Shown here: in pieces, positions 17,883-27,161 of the stretch | Numbering within the stretch: the first letter of the stretch is position 1 | Layout: each line of letters opens with the position of its first letter | Source: Candidatus Aenigmatarchaeota archaeon | GTDB lineage: Archaea > Aenigmatarchaeota > Aenigmatarchaeia > QMZP01 > QMZT01 | DNA length: 64,000 nucleotides | Direction: 5' to 3' | Assembly: GCA_041489155.1 (NCBI GenBank) | Contig: JBGPQP010000001.1 | Span: forward strand, 25,431-89,430 | Notes under the pieces: generated by a model | Database searches by the model: none | What the model saw: only the letters and a program-made list of their open reading frames with translations | What the model was told of the DNA's origin: nothing | Position numbers and translations under genes: made by a program

Positions 17883-18973
17883 AGCTTGAAGACGTGATAG
17901 AAAACGCATTCATGGTAAAGCCGGAAGAAGCGTTGTCGCAAGTGGCCTCAAGAATGGCAAACGAAAAGAAATATGAGGCTTTCGTTTTTGACAAAGAACT
18001 GAAGGGCATCGTAACCCTTGACGACATAGTCAAAAAAAGAGTCAGCGAGCCGCAGAAGATGAAGATTTCATATCTCATGAAGCCCGTGACCGTTTTTTCA
18101 GTAGAAGCGCCCGTCGAAGACATAATGAATTACATGTTGGTTAGTGAGCACAGGTCTTTGCCCATCGAGAAAGACGGTAAGATATACGCGATAACAAAAC
18201 CTAAGTTGCTCAAATTCGTAAAAGACGAAATTTTTGCCGGTAAAAAAGCAATAGATGTAATGCAGAAAACATACTGCGCAAGCACCAACGACACGATATC
18301 TACTGTTGCAACAGTAATGCGTGACACGGGCGTTAACAGGATACCCGTTGTAGACGAAGAGGGCAGATTCGCAGGCCTTGTCGACAGCCTCAGCCTGGCA
18401 GGCATGCTTGTAGGCAGGGAGAGATCGCAGTTCGGCGAGAGGGATGGAGAAAAGGTGAAACTCGGCAACGTGGGTGTCAGCACGTTCCTAAGGACTGATA
18501 TACTGAAGGTCTCGCCTGAAACCGACCTCAAACAAATCGTCAAGAAAATATCCAACGAGGATTCATGTACCGCTATAGTAGAGGAAAACGGAAAGCTCAT
18601 GGGCATGATAACAATAAAGGATATTTTCAAGCTGATAGGCAAATCGCTCGAAACCGTGTACATAAGAGTTAGCGGTCTCCATGACGAAGACGAATTCGTA
18701 AGAAATAAGATAGACGAGATGATAGAGAAGACCATAAACAAATTGCTGAAAACAGTCAAGGTGACTTACGTGGCACTCCATGTCGATACCCACAAAAAGA
18801 AGGTGAGGAGAGACGAAAGAATGAAATATTCGGTGCATGGCAGGCTTGTCACAGACAAGGGTAACTTCTACGCGAGCGATTACGAATGGGAGCCGACGAA
18901 GGCAGTTAAGGTTTTTCTTGACAGAATAGAAACCGAAGTTCACAGACAGATAGAAAAGACAAGAGGCTATTAG
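17879..18973 (+). CDS. four-CBS-domain protein fused to a C-terminal HPF/RaiA (ribosomal S30AE)-like domain
   Basis: Four CBS repeats of the form …V..D.L..I.T..D/N… are followed by ~100 aa, YIRVSGLHDEDEFVRNKIDEMIEKTINKLLKTVKVTYVALHVDTHKK…YSVHGRLVTDKGNFYASDYEWEPTKAVKVFLDRIETEVHRQIEK. This block matches the beta-alpha-beta-beta-beta-alpha pattern of HPF/YfiA (…NITGKxMEIT…, …[40 protein letters not shown]). Confidence 0.65.
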   Translation: MKLEDVIENAFMVKPEEALSQVASRMANEKKYEAFVFDKELKGIVTLDDIVKKRVSEPQKMKISYLMKPVTVFSVEAPVEDIMNYMLVSEHRSLPIEKDGKIYAITKPKLLKFVKDEIFAGKKAIDVMQKTYCASTNDTISTVATVMRDTGVNRIPVVDEEGRFAGLVDSLSLAGMLVGRERSQFGERDGEKVKLGNVGVSTFLRTDILKVSPETDLKQIVKKISNEDSCTAIVEENGKLMGMITIKDIFKLIGKSLETVYIRVSGLHDEDEFVRNKIDEMIEKTINKLLKTVKVTYVALHVDTHKKKVRRDERMKYSVHGRLVTDKGNFYASDYEWEPTKAVKVFLDRIETEVHRQIEKTRGY

Positions 18974-20448
18974 AAAATATTTTTACCTTCAAAAAATTCA
19001 TCAATCTTCTGCGGTAAATCCTTTATCTTGATTCTTATCTGCTTCATTGAGTCCCTTTCACGAAGGGTTACATCGTGTTTATCGACCGATTCGTAGTCGA
19101 TGGTTATGGCCAGCGGAATGCCAAGCTGATCATATATTACGTAACGCTTTCCTATCGACTGCTTTTCATCGTATCTAACCTCATATTTGGTTTTTAGCGT
19201 CTCGTATACTTCCCTCGCTTTCACGTCAAGCCCGTCCTTCCTGACTAGCGGAAGTACTACGACGTCGAGCGGTGCAAGGCTGCGCGAAAACTGCAGGACA
19301 GGTTTCCCGTCCCTTTCTGAAAGCGAGTTTTCAAGGATGGAATAAAATATGCGATCGAGTCCCATTGAAAGTTCAAAAACGTGGGGGATGAATTTCTCCT
19401 CATCTTCAACGACCGAAAGATCTGTTCCGGAAACTTTTGAATGCGATGCCATGTCGTAGTCAGTCCTGTAGTTACATGCCACTAGCTCTAGCCATCCCAC
19501 GCTGGTTTTTACCTCGAAGTCCCATGTCTCCTTCGAATAAAACGCCCTCGCATTTTCCTCAAGCTCACGGAAGCGCATGTCCTTCGGATCAAAGCCGCAC
19601 TTCTCGAAAAACTGCTGGGTTACGGCAAGATAATAACCGATGAGTCTGCCGGACACTGTTTTCTTCTCAACGGCTTTTTCAAGCGTGATGGATTGCGTTT
19701 CCTTTCCCATGAGCTTAAGCCTGAGCTCTAAGTTTTTGTATTTTTCAAATTCCGGGACATCATCTATCTTCTTGGGGTTGAAGAAAACTTCGGTCTCCAG
19801 CTGCGTGAATTCCCTCGAGCGAATCAGGCCCTGTCTGGGTGAAATTTCGTTCCTGAAGGATCTCCCGGCCTGTGAAATGCCTAGCGGCAGAGAAACCCTT
19901 GCAGTCTTGTATATCTTCTGGAAATCGGTAAATATGTTTTGGCATGTTTCAGGCCTCAGGTAGGCGTTCTTCTCGGCGGTGAGGGGACCAATAGAAACGC
20001 CGATCATCATGTTGAACTTCTGCACTTTTTCCAGTCTGCCTTTACACTCCGGGCATTTTACAGCGTGCTTTTCTATAAGTCCGTTGAACTCAGAGGGTTC
20101 CATTGCCTCCGGTATTGTTTTTCCGGCAACTTCCTCGATAAGCTTGTCTGCCCTGAATACCTTCCTGCATTTGGAACACTGCACCAGAGGATCAACGAAG
20201 TTCTTCAAGTGACCTGACGCCTCGAAATTTTTTCTGGGGAGAATAAGACACCCGTCAATTTCCAGAGAGTCAGTTCTGCGGACGATTTCCCTTCTCCAGA
20301 GGTCAATGATTTTCCTGCGCATTACTGTCCCAAGGTGGCCGAAATCCAGAAAACCGGCCAGTGCCGAGTGTATTTCAGCGGTGGGAAAAAACAAACCGCG
20401 TTGATCGGCGAGCTCCTGTATACGGGCGAACTTATCCATGAAAATCAC
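18970..20448 (-). CDS. glyS: glycyl-tRNA synthetase (archaeal/eukaryotic-type class II)
   Basis: Motif 2 GISQAGRSFRNEISPRQGLIRSREFTQLETEVF (GlyRS FRNEISPR…REFTxxExExF), an internal Zn-ribbon insertion (CSKC…CPEC) and a C-terminal anticodon-binding domain. Confidence 0.8.
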   Translation of the reverse strand: MIFMDKFARIQELADQRGLFFPTAEIHSALAGFLDFGHLGTVMRRKIIDLWRREIVRRTDSLEIDGCLILPRKNFEASGHLKNFVDPLVQCSKCRKVFRADKLIEEVAGKTIPEAMEPSEFNGLIEKHAVKCPECKGRLEKVQKFNMMIGVSIGPLTAEKNAYLRPETCQNIFTDFQKIYKTARVSLPLGISQAGRSFRNEISPRQGLIRSREFTQLETEVFFNPKKIDDVPEFEKYKNLELRLKLMGKETQSITLEKAVEKKTVSGRLIGYYLAVTQQFFEKCGFDPKDMRFRELEENARAFYSKETWDFEVKTSVGWLELVACNYRTDYDMASHSKVSGTDLSVVEDEEKFIPHVFELSMGLDRIFYSILENSLSERDGKPVLQFSRSLAPLDVVVLPLVRKDGLDVKAREVYETLKTKYEVRYDEKQSIGKRYVIYDQLGIPLAITIDYESVDKHDVTLRERDSMKQIRIKIKDLPQKIDEFFEGKNIF

Positions 20449-20483
20449 ATATAAATTTATTATGATTGTTTAAATAAGATAGT

Positions 20484-21146
20484 ATGCCAAGGAAGAGCTC
20501 TTTGAAAGTCGATTTTCACGTCCACTCCGATGTTTCGAGAGACAGTGATATGACGCCTAGAACCATAATAAGTTCCGCAAGGAAAAACGGGCTCGATGCG
20601 ATAGCCGTCACCGATCATGATACAATAAAAGGCGCGCTAGAGGTTCAGAAAATCTCAGATGGTTTGGTAGTTTTCGTTGGAGCAGAAATCAAAACCAAAA
20701 GCGGCGAGGTCATAGGTCTCAACCTTAAAAAAGACATCGAAGCAGGGCTTTCCCTTGAGGCGACATGCAAAAGGATAAAGGAACAGGGGGGGTTCCTGAT
20801 CGTCCCTCATCCTTTCGATAGATTCAGGAACGGCATCGGCAAGGCTATAGAAAAAATTGTAAATTACATAGACGCGGTCGAAGTTTTCAACGCAAGGGTA
20901 TTGGTAGACCGCTTCAACGAAGAGGCGATGGACTTCGCAAAAAAACACTCCCTCCCGGTTGTCGCAGGCTCTGATTCTCATTTTGTCAATGAAATCGGCT
21001 CTGCCTTCACTCTGGTTAAGGCTAACAAAAGCAGGGATGGCATACTAAGAGCGATAAAAAACGGTTATGCGGAAATAGGCGGCAAGAAAACAGGCGTACT
21101 GCCCCACTGGAAAACCTTTGTCACGAAAATGGGCAAAAAACTTTAG
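20484..21146 (+). CDS. PHP-domain metal-dependent phosphoesterase
   Basis: Start VDFHVHSDVSRDS, then DAIAVTDHDT, and later HxH/D ligands (PHPFD, GSDSHF). Confidence 0.8.
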   Translation: MPRKSSLKVDFHVHSDVSRDSDMTPRTIISSARKNGLDAIAVTDHDTIKGALEVQKISDGLVVFVGAEIKTKSGEVIGLNLKKDIEAGLSLEATCKRIKEQGGFLIVPHPFDRFRNGIGKAIEKIVNYIDAVEVFNARVLVDRFNEEAMDFAKKHSLPVVAGSDSHFVNEIGSAFTLVKANKSRDGILRAIKNGYAEIGGKKTGVLPHWKTFVTKMGKKL

Positions 21147-21152
21147 CTTTGC

Positions 21153-22184
21153 TTACGGTATGTTACTTATATTTTTGGTTATGTTTTCAAGGCCTGCCTC
21201 TAGTTCCTTTTTCAAATCGTCCAGTGTTTTGTACTTCTTTAGTTCTTCTGTCAGGTTGTCCACCGGTTTTTTCAGGTCTTCAGGCATTTCCCTCATGACG
21301 TTTTCCCTGTATTCACCAATCATGTTTGCAATTTGATCATTGGCTTCTCCAACAATCGGTATTATGAGGACCGCGAACGATATAATGACAATCGGCAGCA
21401 GCAGATACTCCAGCACTATCATGTTGCTTATCTTGTGAACCTCTATGTCCATTTTCTTGAAAAGAAGCAGTATAAAAAGCGGTATTAACACCAGAAGCGT
21501 CATGCTGAGCGGGAAACCGTATTGCACGAAGGATATAGCATAAGAAAACGCTCCTACAAGGCAGATAGTCGCGAACAGTTTTTTGTTGCTTTTTATGATG
21601 CTACCTGTAAATTTGAATTTGTATATAAGATAACTGGCAGTGTAAACAATCGAAAAAACGAATACTAGCCAGAAGGGGAATTTGGCTATATCAGACGTCA
21701 GCGCGAACCAGCCGCATGAAAATTTCAGAAATTCGATAGCCGTCATGTTGACAGCGGTTTTTTTCAGACCTCTTTTAAATCTGGTGTATGGGGATGAATG
21801 GAGAAAGTTGAGGAACAGCATTCCGGCAACCATCAAAAAAAACCATTGACTAACAAGCAAGGAAACCGACAAACCGGTGATTACGAAAATGAGGGCAAGT
21901 ATTTTCGCTGCTCTTTCGCTCAGCATCCCTCCTGCCACGAGCTTCCATTTGATCTTTTCAGCATCTTTCTTGTCCTCATGATAATCAACCAAGTCGTTGT
22001 AGACATAGACATAAGAGTAGGCTAATAGAAAGCCTGCAAGCGAAATGATAGCGACAAAAAGATCAGGTATCCCCATTACGAACCAGTAAAGCAAAATACC
22101 CAAAGAGAACTGGACGATGTTTTTGGGTATGCTTATAGTTATGCTGTTGAAAATTATTTTTTTAGCGCGACTCATTATCTGCAC
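21153..22184 (-). CDS. UbiA-family prenyltransferase with a ~80 aa soluble C-terminal extension
   Basis: Multi-TM protein with the first Asp-rich motif [17 protein letters not shown] (NDxxDxxxD). The C-terminal charged, helical tail (…[57 protein letters not shown]) is not part of the canonical UbiA fold. Confidence 0.6.
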   Translation of the reverse strand: MQIMSRAKKIIFNSITISIPKNIVQFSLGILLYWFVMGIPDLFVAIISLAGFLLAYSYVYVYNDLVDYHEDKKDAEKIKWKLVAGGMLSERAAKILALIFVITGLSVSLLVSQWFFLMVAGMLFLNFLHSSPYTRFKRGLKKTAVNMTAIEFLKFSCGWFALTSDIAKFPFWLVFVFSIVYTASYLIYKFKFTGSIIKSNKKLFATICLVGAFSYAISFVQYGFPLSMTLLVLIPLFILLLFKKMDIEVHKISNMIVLEYLLLPIVIISFAVLIIPIVGEANDQIANMIGEYRENVMREMPEDLKKPVDNLTEELKKYKTLDDLKKELEAGLENITKNISNIP

Positions 22185-22187
22185 CCA

Positions 22188-22937
22188 TCATTTCTCTTTA
22201 ACCTTTCTAGCCTTTATTATTATTGTCGAGGCAAACGTTACTTTTCTGGCAAATGCAGAATCAACGCTGTTCCATAGCTTTTCCTTCCATTTCTTGCGCG
22301 AGCCGTCCGCCAGTATAGGGCTGCCTGCGAATTTCTCGACTGAAAACCCATTGAGAGCGAGCAGATCTGAAAGCGAGCGTTTTGTGAAGGCGTGTATGTG
22401 TCCCACGCCTTCTTTCACGAAGGGGTTGCCCGTGTAAGTCCGCAGGGAGGATTCGATCCATGTGGGCATGTAGCCAAGGAAAAGGAAGCCACGGTTGTAC
22501 CAAGAAGCTATGTTCGGGACAGTGATAATTATATAACCGTTGGGCTTCAGCACGTTGCTTATGTTTTCAAGCAGCTTCTCTGTGTCGTACATGTGCTCCA
22601 GCACGTCGCCGCAGAAAGCGGCATCGAACGTGTTTTGGGGGAAGGGGAATTTGCCCCTGTCAAGATTTACCACCTTCGCTTCTATATGCTTCTTCCTTGC
22701 ATCTCTTACTGCGTTTTTGCTTATGTCCAGGCCGCAAACCTTCGCGTTTGTTTTCTTGGTTATAAGACTGGAAATGAAGCCGTCACCGCAACCGATATCG
22801 ATTATCCTTCCGCTGTCGTGCTTTTCGAACATATCCAGAACTTTCTGTATCTTCCTTTCCTGTATTCTGTAGTACCTCTCGGCCTCTTTTACGAATATGT
22901 TAGAATAGAAATACCTGTTGTATTCGTTCGTGTCCAT
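22188..22937 (-). CDS. class I SAM-dependent methyltransferase
   Basis: Motif I IIDIGCGDGFIS, motif post-I KVCGLDIS, motif II AAFCGDVLEHM and motif III LKPNGYIIITVPN. Confidence 0.8.
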   Translation of the reverse strand: MDTNEYNRYFYSNIFVKEAERYYRIQERKIQKVLDMFEKHDSGRIIDIGCGDGFISSLITKKTNAKVCGLDISKNAVRDARKKHIEAKVVNLDRGKFPFPQNTFDAAFCGDVLEHMYDTEKLLENISNVLKPNGYIIITVPNIASWYNRGFLFLGYMPTWIESSLRTYTGNPFVKEGVGHIHAFTKRSLSDLLALNGFSVEKFAGSPILADGSRKKWKEKLWNSVDSAFARKVTFASTIIIKARKVKEK

Positions 22938-22988
22938 GTAAAGATTTGTGGTCTAACAATTATAAAAAAGGAATCTCATTATTAATTT

Positions 22989-24494
22989 ATGGACTTGCAG
23001 AAAATTCTTGAGAGTCTGAGTCCCGTTGAAAGAAAGGTGCTGCCTTTTCTAAAGGATGGGCTTGAGTTGAGAGAAATCTCGAAAGTATCGAAAACCGAAG
23101 GAACAGAAGTTATGCGGGCTCTCCAGTGGCTTGAAAATAAGGGGGCCGTCAGGGTTAAAGCCTCGCCAAAGGAAATCATTGATCTGGGGGATAACGGCAA
23201 AATTTATGCTGACATCGGCCTTCCTGAAAAAAGATTCCTTGAAGTTCTTGCAGGCAAGATGGAGCTGGACGCGATAAAGAAGGCGACCGGCCTCGACGAC
23301 AATGAAATAAGGATCTGCCTTGGCCTGCTTAAAGCAAGGTATGCGATTTCCATAGACGGGAATGAAGTAAAACCGACAAGCGAAAGGGACCGCGTTCTGC
23401 AGCATGGTTTCCCGGAAGAAGCCTTGCTGAAAAAACTCCCGAAGGGTTTTGATGATCTCAGCGAGGATGAAAAATCAATGGTCAGCAGACTTATCAAAAG
23501 AAAGGACATCGTGAAAAAGGACATCGCCAAATTCAGGTATGTGGAACTAACAGAACTCGGCAAGAAGCTGGCAAAAGAAAGGGTGATGAAGGCTGATCTT
23601 ATCGAAAATCTTACGCCACAAATGCTGAGGGAGAGGAAATGGGTCGGTAAGGGGTTCAGAAGGTACGACATAAAAACCAGCGTACCTAGGCTTTACGCCG
23701 GCAACAGGCAGCCTTACAGCGAATTTTTGCAGGGTGTACGAGAGAAACTGGTTTCGCTGGGCTTCAGGGAGATGGATGGCCCCATAATCGAGCTTGAATT
23801 TTTCAACTTCGATTCGCTTTTTCAGCCGCAGAATCACCCGGCAAGGGACTGGAGCGCGACTTACAGGATAAAAGAACCCAGATATGGCATTCTCCCGGAA
23901 AGGGGGCTTGTGCTCGCCGTCAAAAAGGCGCATGAAGGCGGTATTGACGGTTCAACAGGATGGAAATATAAATGGGATGAAAAGATTGCCTCACAACTGA
24001 TGCCGAGGGCGCATGACACTGCAATTTCGCCGAGATTCCTTGCCAAAGGCGTGGAAATACCCGGGAAATACTTCAGCCTAGTACGCTGCTTCAGGCCGGA
24101 CGTTATTGATGCCAAACACGGCGTTGAATTCAACCAGCTGGGAGGCTTCGTAATAGACGAGGATCTTTCATTCCGGCATCTCTTGGGTCTGCTCAAAAAT
24201 TTTGTTTTCGAAATCACGGGCATAGAGGATGTAAAATTCCTCCCTGACTATTTCCCGTTCACCGAGCCTTCGGTTCAGGTGTCAGCGAAACATCCGGAAT
24301 TCGGCTGGATCGAGCTTGCAGGCGCAGGAGTATTCAGGCCTGAACTCACTAAACCGCTTGGTGTCAACGAACCTGTAATAGCATGGGGTTTCGGCCTTGA
24401 CAGGCTTGCAATGATGAGGCTGGGAGTAGGAGACATACGCAATCTCTTCTCCAATGATATGGAATTCCTTAGAAAAGCAAGGAAGGTGCTCTGA
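22989..24494 (+). CDS. pheS: phenylalanyl-tRNA synthetase alpha subunit (archaeal type, N-terminal wH domains)
   Basis: Class II core with motif 2 FRPDVIDAKHGVEFNQLGGFVI and motif 3 GAGVFRPELTKPLGVNEPVIAWGFGLDRLAM. The stop overlaps the pheT start (ATGA at 24491-24494). Confidence 0.9.
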   Translation: MDLQKILESLSPVERKVLPFLKDGLELREISKVSKTEGTEVMRALQWLENKGAVRVKASPKEIIDLGDNGKIYADIGLPEKRFLEVLAGKMELDAIKKATGLDDNEIRICLGLLKARYAISIDGNEVKPTSERDRVLQHGFPEEALLKKLPKGFDDLSEDEKSMVSRLIKRKDIVKKDIAKFRYVELTELGKKLAKERVMKADLIENLTPQMLRERKWVGKGFRRYDIKTSVPRLYAGNRQPYSEFLQGVREKLVSLGFREMDGPIIELEFFNFDSLFQPQNHPARDWSATYRIKEPRYGILPERGLVLAVKKAHEGGIDGSTGWKYKWDEKIASQLMPRAHDTAISPRFLAKGVEIPGKYFSLVRCFRPDVIDAKHGVEFNQLGGFVIDEDLSFRHLLGLLKNFVFEITGIEDVKFLPDYFPFTEPSVQVSAKHPEFGWIELAGAGVFRPELTKPLGVNEPVIAWGFGLDRLAMMRLGVGDIRNLFSNDMEFLRKARKVL

Positions 24495-26164
24495 TGCCGA
24501 CAATTGAAATTTCGCTTGAAGATCTCAGCAAAATGTCAGGTAAAAAATTCACAGAGAAATCACTAGGCAAAGCACTGGAATATGTAAAGGGCGAGATAGA
24601 ATCAGCCGATGGCGACAGGATAAAAATAGAAATGGCAGATACCAATAGGCCGGACCTGTGGTCAACAGAAGGCGTAGCGAGAGAACTGCGGGCAAGATTT
24701 ACGAAAGACAGGGGTCTTCCTAAATTCGCAACCAAGAAATCCGGTTTGATGGTAATAGTCAATAAAAACCTAGCAGACATAAGGCCAAAAACCGTGTGCG
24801 CTGTCGTAAGGGGGCTGAAAATCACCGAAGAATGCCTCTTACAGATGATACAACTGCAGGAGAAGATCTGCGAAAATTTCGGACGCGGACGGAGGGAGGT
24901 TGCGCTTGGGGTGTATGACTACCATAAGCTTTCACCGCCCATATATTACCGTGCTTACGGTCCGCATGAAATAAAATTCGTGCCCCTTGATTTCGACAGG
25001 GAATTATATCTAAATGAAATACTCGAACAGCATCCAAAAGGCAAGGAATATGGCCAATTGCTGAAAGACAATAAAAAATATCCTATTTTCATTGACGCCA
25101 AGGGTAACGTGCTTTCGATGCCACCGGTGATAAATTCAAATTATAGCGGCAAGGTAACGCAAGAGACAAGGGACGTATTCATTGAATGCTCGGGTTTCGA
25201 TATGAAATTCCTGATGCCTTCGCTTAACATAATGGTGGCTGCTCTTGCAGAACATGGCGGGAGGATTGAAACGGTTGACGTGATGTTCCCGAACGGAAAA
25301 ATCGAGACTCCGGATCTCAAGCCGAAAAAAATAAATGTCAGCCTTAACCGCCTGAAAAAACTTTCAGGCCTCAATCTGAAAAAAAACCAGATCAAGAACA
25401 TGCTTCAGAAATCAAGATACGACGTGAAAATCAAGAGGGATAATATGCTGGTATATTATCCTGCATACAGGCAGGATGTGATGCATGAAGTCGATGTGAT
25501 AGAAGATGTGATAATATCGTACGGCTACAACAAGATCGAGCCTATGATGCCAAAAATAGCCAGCACAGGCAGGCTGACGGAAATAAACGAATTTTCCAGG
25601 AAAATAGCTGAAATGATGGTCGGCCTTGGAAGCCAAGAAACAATGTCGTACATACTGACGAACAGGGACAACCTGGTCAATAGAATGAACCTGGAAGATA
25701 TGAGAACGATAGAGGTTGAAAACCCAATATCCAAAAACTGGAGCGTCTTCAGGACATGGTTAACACCATCACTGATCGAATTCCTCTCAAACAACACCAA
25801 CAGAGAATATCCGCAAAACATTTTCGAAATCGGCGAAGTGGTTATATACGATGAAAAAACGGAAACAAAGTCATCAAATCCGACAAGACTCGCGTGGGCT
25901 TATGCTGGTTCTGGTGCGAATTTCACAAAAGCGAAGCAACATCTCGATTTTCTATTCAGAAATCTCGGGCTGGAATACAAAATAGAAGAAACAGAACATG
26001 CCTCATTCATACTTGGTAGATCCGGAAGAATATCGGTATCGGGAAAAAATGTCGCCTACATCGGAGAACTCCATCCAAAGGTTCTTGAAAATTTCGGCAT
26101 CGAACAGCCTGTTTGCGCCTTCGAAATAAACCTGAGCGATATGCTTGGCATTTTGAAAAAATAG
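24494..26164 (+). CDS. pheT: phenylalanyl-tRNA synthetase beta subunit (archaeal type)
   Basis: Translationally coupled to pheS. B3/4 and B5 domain signatures; 556 aa is typical of the archaeal beta subunit. Confidence 0.9.
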   Translation: MPTIEISLEDLSKMSGKKFTEKSLGKALEYVKGEIESADGDRIKIEMADTNRPDLWSTEGVARELRARFTKDRGLPKFATKKSGLMVIVNKNLADIRPKTVCAVVRGLKITEECLLQMIQLQEKICENFGRGRREVALGVYDYHKLSPPIYYRAYGPHEIKFVPLDFDRELYLNEILEQHPKGKEYGQLLKDNKKYPIFIDAKGNVLSMPPVINSNYSGKVTQETRDVFIECSGFDMKFLMPSLNIMVAALAEHGGRIETVDVMFPNGKIETPDLKPKKINVSLNRLKKLSGLNLKKNQIKNMLQKSRYDVKIKRDNMLVYYPAYRQDVMHEVDVIEDVIISYGYNKIEPMMPKIASTGRLTEINEFSRKIAEMMVGLGSQETMSYILTNRDNLVNRMNLEDMRTIEVENPISKNWSVFRTWLTPSLIEFLSNNTNREYPQNIFEIGEVVIYDEKTETKSSNPTRLAWAYAGSGANFTKAKQHLDFLFRNLGLEYKIEETEHASFILGRSGRISVSGKNVAYIGELHPKVLENFGIEQPVCAFEINLSDMLGILKK

Positions 26165-26167
26165 CTT

Positions 26168-26932
26168 TTATCTGGAAGAAAGCCAGTTGAACAGGCGGAA
26201 GCTGAATGGTATTCTAGGTTCATAAACCTCGCCGATCAAAGCTGCCGCCAACGCACGTATGTGCTGGGCGGCAGGCGATTTCGGGTTGTAAGTCATGACT
26301 GGTTCTTTTAGGGCGATGGCTTTCCTCACCTCCCTGTCTTCCGGTATTTTTCCTATCGCCGGAAGGTTCAGCATCTTCTCTATCTGTTCTATTGGAAGTT
26401 CGTGTGTTTCTCCTTTTATCCTGTTGACAACCACTCCGAGATTGTGGGTGGAGTATCTTTTTGCTATAAGGCTTAATTTAAGGGCGTCCGTCACGGCCGG
26501 AAGCTCCGGGTTGGTTACTGTTATCAGCTCGTCTGCAGCCTCTATCGCTGCGAGGGAATCCTTGCCGAGTCCGGCTGGCGAATCTATCAGTATGAAATCA
26601 TTTCCATCAAGCAATTTGTACAGCACATCGATATAATGGTGTGATTTTATGTTCCTCTGCCGTCTTAATGAAATGTCCGCCGGAATTATTTTGAAGCCTG
26701 CTTTGTGCGTATATATAACATCCTTTATTCTTGCCCTGCCTTCGAAAACATCGTGAAGTGTTTTGGGATAAAGATGCATCCCGAGGTGAAGAGCGAGATT
26801 GGAGGTTGTGAGGTTGGCATCAACAGCCAGGACGGATTTCCCGTATTGCGCCAAGGCAGCCGAAAGATTGGAAACAAGCGTTGTCTTGCCAACGCCGCCC
26901 TTGCCAGAAGATATGGCTATTATTCTAGTCAT
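26168..26932 (-). CDS. MinD/ParA-family P-loop ATPase
   Basis: Deviant Walker A ISSGKGGVGKTT, plus the DSPAG and downstream motifs; 254 aa. Confidence 0.85.
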   Translation of the reverse strand: MTRIIAISSGKGGVGKTTLVSNLSAALAQYGKSVLAVDANLTTSNLALHLGMHLYPKTLHDVFEGRARIKDVIYTHKAGFKIIPADISLRRQRNIKSHHYIDVLYKLLDGNDFILIDSPAGLGKDSLAAIEAADELITVTNPELPAVTDALKLSLIAKRYSTHNLGVVVNRIKGETHELPIEQIEKMLNLPAIGKIPEDREVRKAIALKEPVMTYNPKSPAAQHIRALAAALIGEVYEPRIPFSFRLFNWLSSR

Positions 26933-27025
26933 GTTTATAGATTTATCTTCGAAAAGTTATAAATCCATATTGTTTCGATTATGCGGCGGCCTGAATTGCA
27001 AATTCAAGTCGTGATAAATTAATTA

Positions 27026-27139
27026 CGGACCTGGGGGGATTCGAACCCCCGACCTTTAGCTTAGGAGGCTACCGCTCTATTGTCGACCGAAGCAGACTAT
27101 GTCTGCTTACTACGAAGTTTCCAACTGAGCTACAGGTCC
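27026..27139 (-). tRNA. tRNA-Arg (anticodon CCU) with a ~41 nt intron in the D-loop
   Basis: The reverse complement reads GGACCTG-TA-GCTC-AGTTGG-[AAACTTCGTAGTAAGCAGACATAGTCTGCTTCGGTCGACAA]-TAGAGC-G-GTAGC-CTCCTAA-GCTAA-AGGTC-GGGGG-TTCGAAT-CCCCC-CAGGTCC-G. The acceptor (GGACCTG/CAGGTCC), D stem (GCTC/GAGC), T arm (GGGGG-TTCGAAT-CCCCC) and a 7 nt anticodon loop CUCCUAA are all canonical. The insertion sits between G19 and U20 of an otherwise standard AGUUGG-UA D-loop. Confidence 0.75.
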
Positions 27140-27161
27140 ATGGCTGCCATGATGCTTTATT

